IMG/VR virus record: IMGVR_UViG_3300027816_000062
DNA from: an uncultured virus (IMG/VR IMGVR_UViG_3300027816_000062)
Lineage: Duplodnaviria > Heunggongvirae > Uroviricota > Caudoviricetes
Reading direction: 5' to 3' (one strand)
Length of the DNA stretch: 20,000 bases
Shown here: positions 14,060 to 20,000 of the stretch, one piece after another
How the letters are laid out: each line of letters begins with the position of its first letter
Position numbering within the stretch: the first letter of the stretch is position 1
Notes under the pieces: generated by a model
The model's input: only the letters and a program-made list of their open reading frames with translations
What the model was told of the DNA's origin: nothing
Database searches by the model: none
Program-made: the position numbers and the translations under genes

Positions 14060-16426
14060 ATGAAATTTCAACGTAATTATTGTCCCTCGATAAGTCAAAT
14101 TCTCTCAGATGAAAGCCTAAAGCGATTATCGGCTATAACAGCATATTTAAATTTGTATTCTACAGGAGACAATACAAGTAATGCTAATTTTCGCCTAAGT
14201 TCAAGCTTGGAGTCAATGAAGAGAATTATAATCTCGTCTGAAATTGAAACATTACATCGCAAGACTGTTAAAGAGGATATTGATCGCATTAAGCATGCCT
14301 TGAAAAAAGCTTACTCTTTGGGTAAAGAATCATATGAAGCCTATGTTGACGCAAATAGTTCTGAAATTATAGCAGCGTTCTGGGCATGGATGATGACCCA
14401 AAAGCAATCTTTGTTTACAGGCATTAGTAATCAAAATAAATCTCTTTTAAGGAATTATCATGTCGGGCAAAGCGAGATCGATGACATGATCGAAGCGGCC
14501 ATACACGAATTTATCACTCGGACAGAAGGAAAAACTAATCTTCTTGCGTCTGTTAAAAACTGGTCGCCTAGCGGAGGCGCAGATTTACATACATGGGTTC
14601 TTAATGGTGCTAAAAACATGTTGGATATCACTGTCACCAAGCAAAGGCACCAAATCGTTAATCGCGGCAAATCTCTGGACGAAAATCTTAAAGGAAAAGA
14701 CGGCGATGGAGACTCGCTTGGTGATATGATTGTTGATCCAAAATCCTCAACAGATGCAAAAGAATCTTATGATATTACAAACTATGACGAATTAGTTGAA
14801 GCTTTTGTGGAGGCCTTGCCTGAAAAAATTAGCGAACAGCCAGATTATATACGTGGGTTAATTGATAGAGGATTTAGGGCCATGAAGGTTCAGGCACAAA
14901 ATGCAGAAGACCCCGAAAGTGAAAATAATTTTTACGAAATGTCCTTAAAGACTGCTAATGAGCTTTTTCAAAATGTTATGAATAGCTTTGAAGAGCTTAA
15001 GCGCTCTGTAAAAGTGATGATTTCAGACAAAACTGATGAAAATAGAGAAATTGCCATGAAGGCAAGAGAAGCTTATGACAGGCGTGTTTATTCACTGTTG
15101 AGAAATTTGGTTGAGTCCTTTAATCCAAGTATAGCAAATAAAAAGAAAACTCAAAGAAATTTAAGCAATGTGGATGAGAATAACAAGGAAAACGAAAACA
15201 ATTTCATTGACAATGAAGACAAGCAAGTTAACCAAGCCCCAAAAATTCGTTCCAGAGACTTGATTAAACCCGAAGATGAAGTCGGCAAAGAGACGGCGAC
15301 TCCAGAAGAACTTATGGTAAGAAAAATGAAGCTGGACGAATTCAGAAAACAGCTTTTGCCATATTATTATCAAGTCGGTTCATTCCCAAAAACCAAATAT
15401 AGAGATGGTAAAATAACGCCATATGCCCTTAGTGAATATGGAATTGGATTAATTAGACCATACACACACTTTTTTTCAGGCATAGATTCGCCCGAAGACA
15501 TAAAAGCTATGTTTGGCACTGACGAGGACAAAATAAATTCCCTGTCTCCCACAGCTTTATTTTCTCGGTTGCTAATTGAGAGTGGCTTAAAGGCTCATGA
15601 GGACTACACCCTTGAAAACAAATTTAAAGTTCCAGGGTCAACAATGGGCAAAAACGAAGTTCAAAGATTTAGGGATTATTTCATTGACCAAATTGACACC
15701 AATCCAATGTTTACAAGACACAAAGATGTGCTTTTGCAAATGCTAGAAAGTTTCTTTTTAAACAAAAACAACAAACCATCTGATGAAAAAGTAAAAGAAA
15801 TGATCGAAAACCTTGATGCTCATACACGAATGGCCTCTTATGAGTGGGCTAGACATCAGTTAATGGGCGGTGATGGTGAACCGAAAGCATGGGCAGATTT
15901 AAGCCCTGATGAACTCAAGGCCATTGCTGTGAAGGCCTGGGAATCTTTATACGCTGATGGTTTTAGACTTTTTAGAATTCAAGAAATTAATGAACGTGGC
16001 GAGCCACATAGAAAAGGCCCTGTTATGCCATTGAGCAGATGGGTTAAGCCCGATGTCTTTTTGCCAATTATGGAAGAGGAAGTAAACAATATACAACGCA
16101 TGCAGGCCAACAAAGCGGCAGTTAAAAAGGGTTATAGCCCCATTGCACAACGAAGCCGACTTGACCCCAGTATTAATCTTCAGAATATTGGTCAAAAAAG
16201 GCGTGAGATTTTGGACATTGCTAGAAATAATCAGGAAGTTCAGCAAAGCGATGTGCCTAAAACCTTTATCGAAGACAACTCTGTTGAGGATTCTAAAGAT
16301 GCGTTGCAGTCACATGCAAGTGTGCTAGATAGAATGCTTCTCAAAATTAGTTCCATGGAGCAATCTGGTGATTACAAAAATGCAGACATTGAAATGTCAA
16401 GGCTAGAATCTATTTTAAGAGGATAA
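14060..16426 (+). CDS. Large hypothetical protein (788 aa) with an internal sigma-70 region 2/3.2-like segment
   Basis: SD AAGGA(14046-50) favours ATG 14060. Contains EIDDMIE...LLASVKNWSPSGGADLHTWV...RGKSLDENLKGKDGDGDSLGDMIVD, and a degenerate copy of the shared motif at the C-terminus. Confidence 0.7.
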   Translation: MKFQRNYCPSISQILSDESLKRLSAITAYLNLYSTGDNTSNANFRLSSSLESMKRIIISSEIETLHRKTVKEDIDRIKHALKKAYSLGKESYEAYVDANSSEIIAAFWAWMMTQKQSLFTGISNQNKSLLRNYHVGQSEIDDMIEAAIHEFITRTEGKTNLLASVKNWSPSGGADLHTWVLNGAKNMLDITVTKQRHQIVNRGKSLDENLKGKDGDGDSLGDMIVDPKSSTDAKESYDITNYDELVEAFVEALPEKISEQPDYIRGLIDRGFRAMKVQAQNAEDPESENNFYEMSLKTANELFQNVMNSFEELKRSVKVMISDKTDENREIAMKAREAYDRRVYSLLRNLVESFNPSIANKKKTQRNLSNVDENNKENENNFIDNEDKQVNQAPKIRSRDLIKPEDEVGKETATPEELMVRKMKLDEFRKQLLPYYYQVGSFPKTKYRDGKITPYALSEYGIGLIRPYTHFFSGIDSPEDIKAMFGTDEDKINSLSPTALFSRLLIESGLKAHEDYTLENKFKVPGSTMGKNEVQRFRDYFIDQIDTNPMFTRHKDVLLQMLESFFLNKNNKPSDEKVKEMIENLDAHTRMASYEWARHQLMGGDGEPKAWADLSPDELKAIAVKAWESLYADGFRLFRIQEINERGEPHRKGPVMPLSRWVKPDVFLPIMEEEVNNIQRMQANKAAVKKGYSPIAQRSRLDPSINLQNIGQKRREILDIARNNQEVQQSDVPKTFIEDNSVEDSKDALQSHASVLDRMLLKISSMEQSGDYKNADIEMSRLESILRG

Positions 16427-16431
16427 AAATC

Positions 16432-16926
16432 ATGACAGAGGGCACAAAATTTAGAATAAGATTTGTTGCTGACAATGATGAAAAAAGAACCAAGGGGCTC
16501 ATGCATGCAGAGCCCCTTGAAGATGATGAAGTTGTTCTTTTTATATTCCCTCATCCAGATAGATATGGTTTTTGGAATAAGAATGTTTCTTTTGGATTAA
16601 GTCTGGCATTTTGTGACGCCAATGGTAAAATTGTACATTTTTCAGACATGAAGCCTAATGACCCAACAAAAGTTGGACCAGAAAACGATAATGTAATGTT
16701 TGTGGTTGAGGCTAAAGAAGGGGCTTTTTCAAAGATCGGCGCGAAGAAAGGTGATCTAATCAATTACTCTAATAATTTACTCACTGTGCACAAGACATCA
16801 TCAAGGCATGCTCAAAATAATGAAAAAAATAATTTTCAAAAAAATGGCATTAAAAAAACAGGTATAGACATTAACAAGTTGGAAGTTAATCTTTTAGCAG
16901 GGTCTCTTAAGGAGGACTATAAATAA
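16432..16926 (+). CDS. DUF192 family protein
   Basis: KRTKGLM...VLFIF....GFWNKNV.FGLSLAFCDANGKIV...FVVEAKEG.F..IG.KKGD matches the DUF192 pattern (GLM, LF.F, FWMKN, L.I.F.D..G.I, VLE...G, GD). Confidence 0.85.
   Translation: MTEGTKFRIRFVADNDEKRTKGLMHAEPLEDDEVVLFIFPHPDRYGFWNKNVSFGLSLAFCDANGKIVHFSDMKPNDPTKVGPENDNVMFVVEAKEGAFSKIGAKKGDLINYSNNLLTVHKTSSRHAQNNEKNNFQKNGIKKTGIDINKLEVNLLAGSLKEDYK
16860..16885 (+). promoter_or_regulatory. Sigma-H-type promoter inside the 3' end of the DUF192 gene
   Basis: AGGT(16860-63)-N18-GAAG(16882-85), upstream of SD AAGGAGG(16909-15) and ATG 16928. Confidence 0.45.
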
Positions 16927-16927
16927 T

Positions 16928-17917
16928 ATGGCAGATCGAATTTTCCCCACACAAATCCAAGGCGATGGCCTTGATTCGGAAAAAGTTTTCACTGGTATCA
17001 ACTGGGACGATTTTGGTTCACGTCTTGCGCAAGTTCGCGAAGCCGAAGGTACCGAAATGTCTCCTGAAGTGAGAGAATATCTTGATTCACTCAAAAACGA
17101 TGAATCTGATTTTGCTTACGAAGATGATGTAACAGCTGAAAACGAAAGCTCCAATGTCACGACCGCAAAGCGTGAACTTCCCGAAGCACTGGTAGAGCAC
17201 CAATTTAAGTCCAAGGACGAAGACGAAAATGACGAGCAAGAAGAGTCTAAAATTGTAAGAGGCAAAGAGGCTTCTGCTCAAAACAGAAGAGTAGTCTTCT
17301 CTAGCGCCAAGCAGCTGACTGCCGAGGCTATTGAAGAGGCTAAGGCCAAGGGTGATCAGGGGCTGGTTAATGCAATTTTGGCTGCCAGAAATGATCGAAG
17401 AACCGCTCTTGCGGCCAAGATCGCGGAAGCCGCCAAAGAGCAGGTAGACAAGAATGTTCGCATTGCTGAGCGAAATGCTTATCGTATGTCGATTGTGAAT
17501 TCTGTTGAAGAAACCTCTAAAAAAATTACAGAAGCTGCGGCAAGTAACAACACCAAGGTTGCCTCTGACAATGATGGTTTTGTGAAAATTTCTGACCTCA
17601 AGGGGCAAGAAAGACAGGCATTTATTAAGAAGTGCGCCAGCCAGGGCTTCCCCGAGGAATATGTTTCTGCAATGCTTGGTGAAACACTGCAGGCAAATGC
17701 TGATTTTTCTGCCGAGGCCGACAACATTAGACAAGTTATGTCAGCTGATCTTGACAAAAATATCAAGAAATCTGCCGTAGAGGGAATGGTCAAGGTTTCC
17801 TCACTTGACAAGGCTGAATATGATCGACTCAAGAGATATTGGAAAGAAGAGCTTGGCTATGGTGATGAAGAATGGATTGATGATCTTTTCTCATCAAAAT
17901 ATGATAGCAAAAAGTAA
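16928..17917 (+). CDS. Hypothetical acidic, Ala-rich helical protein (scaffold or head-internal candidate)
   Basis: 329 aa with a perfect SD AAGGAGG, acidic tracts and a coiled-coil-like centre; followed by a strong hairpin. Confidence 0.72.
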   Translation: MADRIFPTQIQGDGLDSEKVFTGINWDDFGSRLAQVREAEGTEMSPEVREYLDSLKNDESDFAYEDDVTAENESSNVTTAKRELPEALVEHQFKSKDEDENDEQEESKIVRGKEASAQNRRVVFSSAKQLTAEAIEEAKAKGDQGLVNAILAARNDRRTALAAKIAEAAKEQVDKNVRIAERNAYRMSIVNSVEETSKKITEAAASNNTKVASDNDGFVKISDLKGQERQAFIKKCASQGFPEEYVSAMLGETLQANADFSAEADNIRQVMSADLDKNIKKSAVEGMVKVSSLDKAEYDRLKRYWKEELGYGDEEWIDDLFSSKYDSKK

Positions 17918-17930
17918 CCGCCAATAAATA

Positions 17931-17968
17931 TTTTCTTCCCTCTTTATTATAAGAAAGAGGGAAGAAAA
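17931..17968. repeat. Perfect 15-bp inverted repeat (hairpin) without a + strand U-tract
   Basis: TTTTCTTCCCTCTTT(17931-45)-ATTATAAG-AAAGAGGGAAGAAAA(17954-68). Confidence 0.8.
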
Positions 17969-17981
17969 GGTAAAAAACAAC

Positions 17982-18200
17982 ATGAGTGAAATTCGACGAT
18001 TAAGTGAAGACAGCGCTGAACATTATATTTCTTTCTTAGAAAATAATGGTTTGGGTAACATAGGCAATAAAGCAAAAATGATTTTGCCAACTGATACAAA
18101 ACAGTCGAACGTGGCAGGAGATGGCGTAGGCCTTCCTGTAATTCATAGCAATTTTATTTCGCTTACTAATCTTGTTAAGAAAACAGATGAAAGTGAGTAA
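17982..18200 (+). CDS. Small hypothetical protein
   Basis: 72-aa ORF filling the gap in a co-directional gene run; AAGGT lies upstream. Confidence 0.6.
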   Translation: MSEIRRLSEDSAEHYISFLENNGLGNIGNKAKMILPTDTKQSNVAGDGVGLPVIHSNFISLTNLVKKTDESE

Positions 18201-18225
18201 ATATCAATCATTAAGGTAAAAAAAC

Positions 18226-19086
18226 ATGAGCAAATTTCTTCGTAAAGTTTCTGATACAGAAAAGCTGCCTTCATCTGTGCAGCAGGCGTTTATTGGTGCG
18301 TCCTCAAATCAGGACGACCCATATGCACATTTGCGCATGGCCTCAAGAGACAATCAACTTAGTATAGCTAAGCAGTCTATGGGATATGATGAAGATGATG
18401 CTGACATCGATGACCGATCCTGGGAGAGAGTTCAGGGCGCAAGCATTTACGAAGATAGACGCGCATCTAATATGACAGAAAGAATGAATAATCTTTCAAT
18501 AGAAGATTTTTCTCCGCACGCCGTAAGGCGCTCGGATTATGGTATAGATGCAGGCGAGTCTTACAGAGAGACAACAAGCTCTCTTCAGGCATATACCCCT
18601 GAAGATTATATGGCAGCTATGCTTAGGGGGGCTAGCATTTGGGACCCTGATATGGAAGTTATTGCTGATGCATTCCATAACAGTCAAGAAACTCAATCAG
18701 AACAGGTTATAGCCGAAGCTAAAATTCGCAGGGAAGCAAGACAAAACAGGCATCAGCAATGGGAAGAAGAAACCTCAAGTCATTTAGATTCTATTCGCCC
18801 ATCACGTGTTCTGTCGGCTCGCGCCGCACCTATATTACGAACAGCTGCTGAGAACGAAGCTGCAGGAAACTTTGGAATGATTGATTTTGATTCATTAGAC
18901 AATCATGAAGCACAACGGCTTGCCATGCAGGAAGAAAAACGTAATAGTCGGCTTGCCTTAAAACGCAATGGGATCAAGGATCGCGACGAAAGACATAATG
19001 ACTGGCAAGAGCATGTTCAGACTCATGCAAGCACTATTCAAGATATTTATAATTATCAAAAGTACAACTTAAGCAGTGAGGATTAA
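18226..19086 (+). CDS. Hypothetical charged (D/E/R/Q-rich) phage protein, candidate head-internal protein
   Basis: 286-aa ORF with SD TAAGGT; no family recognised. Confidence 0.75.
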   Translation: MSKFLRKVSDTEKLPSSVQQAFIGASSNQDDPYAHLRMASRDNQLSIAKQSMGYDEDDADIDDRSWERVQGASIYEDRRASNMTERMNNLSIEDFSPHAVRRSDYGIDAGESYRETTSSLQAYTPEDYMAAMLRGASIWDPDMEVIADAFHNSQETQSEQVIAEAKIRREARQNRHQQWEEETSSHLDSIRPSRVLSARAAPILRTAAENEAAGNFGMIDFDSLDNHEAQRLAMQEEKRNSRLALKRNGIKDRDERHNDWQEHVQTHASTIQDIYNYQKYNLSSED

Positions 19087-19091
19087 TTTTT

Positions 19092-20000
19092 ATGAAAGGG
19101 CTTCGAACCGCGCAAGAGTTTGGTGGTGGGTTGGCCTCTAATCCCGCAAACGGAATAGCTAATATCCCACTCAATTCAACAGAGGATTCATCTGGTGTTA
19201 AGCCAGATGAATTACTTTCTATTTTGTCAAAGTTTATAAATTCTGATAGCGCAAGTGCTGTTCAATTTAAAGCAAAATTTGAAGATATTTTGCTTCGGTT
19301 AACTAGGCCAGATATGATAGATGCAATCCAAAAAATCATAAAAGCTATTGATATGGCTCAAGACCCTAAAAAAAGAACAAAAGACCCAAATACAGGCAAG
19401 TTTGACCCAACAGCACAGGAACTTGCGCAAAAACTTTCCGACAAGGTGAAAATGATGGAAAAATCAAGCAGTAATCAAAATTCAAATGTTCTCAAATTTA
19501 ATTTACGAGAAGCCCAAGCCAAAAAGCCAAAGAAAAAAACAAGAGGCAACCCATTTAGGGTTTTAATGGGTAAAGTTGGCAAATTGCTTGACCATGGACT
19601 TGAAAAAAGTGAAATCAGAAGATATCTTGTTAAGCTGGGTATGTGGAATGAAGAAACAATTGAAAGAGCTATTGACATTGTTAGAGATTACAATAAAAAG
19701 AAAAGACGCGACGATGCCGATGGAAACAAAAAGGAATCTCAAATGTCTTCTGAATTAATGAGATTAGCAGAATCTAAGTTGGCATCAATGACTGATGAAG
19801 AATTTGATAATTTTTTAAATTCCAGAATTGCAGCCAAGGTTTTAGATAATTCAATCTATGATATTCCTGCTGATTTTTCAAAAAGATCAACAACGGAGTT
19901 AATGGCAAGGGCAACGTGGTTAATGTCGCTAATGAATTATAGTAAAGACATGCCACAAGGAGACGGCAAAAAACCTGCTGACACCAAGGGGGCGTCGGCA
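19092..20000 (+). CDS. Hypothetical phage protein, 3'-truncated by the window edge and absent from the supplied ORF track
   Basis: Hand translation from ATG 19092 (MKGLRTAQEFGGGLASNP...KKKTRGNPFRVLMGKVGKLLDHGLEKSEIRRYL...DTKGASA) stays open for 303 codons to the window end; GAGG lies upstream. Confidence 0.8.
   Translation, partial: MKGLRTAQEFGGGLASNPANGIANIPLNSTEDSSGVKPDELLSILSKFINSDSASAVQFKAKFEDILLRLTRPDMIDAIQKIIKAIDMAQDPKKRTKDPNTGKFDPTAQELAQKLSDKVKMMEKSSSNQNSNVLKFNLREAQAKKPKKKTRGNPFRVLMGKVGKLLDHGLEKSEIRRYLVKLGMWNEETIERAIDIVRDYNKKKRRDDADGNKKESQMSSELMRLAESKLASMTDEEFDNFLNSRIAAKVLDNSIYDIPADFSKRSTTELMARATWLMSLMNYSKDMPQGDGKKPADTKGASA

Noticed and set aside
16384..16409. Partial sigma-H-like promoters: AGAC-N18-GAAT at 16384, GTAGAAT at 13234-40, and AGGA at 4829
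   Set aside because: Only one of the two boxes matches in each case, which is too weak to call.
58..19956. Minus-strand and alternative-frame ORFs in the track (for example 1305-1784, 17087-17734, 19475-19678)
   Set aside because: All lie within well-supported + strand genes and have no recognisable motifs, so they are treated as shadow ORFs.
1..20000. CRISPR arrays, tRNA or rRNA genes, and IS elements
   Set aside because: Intergenic gaps are all under about 180 nt, and I saw no repeat-spacer periodicity, cloverleaf structure or transposase motif.

Overview
This window looks like part of a large (jumbo/huge) tailed dsDNA phage genome. It has 19 genes, all on the + strand, read in the standard genetic code. 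The left part (1-4824) is a bacterial-type replication and transcription module: clamp loader gamma/tau (DnaX-like), a SigH-like sigma factor, a beta clamp, a delta (HolA-like) subunit and a second sigma-70-family factor. The rest is a packaging and probable head-morphogenesis region. It contains a Zn-finger small-terminase candidate, a large terminase split in its Walker A loop by an Ala-starting class 3 intein with a LAGLIDADG endonuclease, an intact UDP-galactopyranose mutase, a DUF192 protein and many unknown proteins. Four observations stand out. (1) Six sigma-H-type promoter matches (AGGW-N17/18-GAAT-like) precede the second sigma gene and the putative virion genes, which suggests a phage-encoded sigma cascade. 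(2) A long hairpin buries the sigH ribosome-binding site. (3) A degenerate third sigma-like domain sits inside a 788-aa probable virion protein. (4) A roughly 30-aa terminal motif (L-x3-A-x2-LD-x2-G-x3-EA[DN]) is shared by three otherwise unrelated proteins, together with recurring [KR]-x-[AS] motifs, which suggests capsid targeting and proteolytic maturation. All calls come from reading motifs by eye; no database searches were run.
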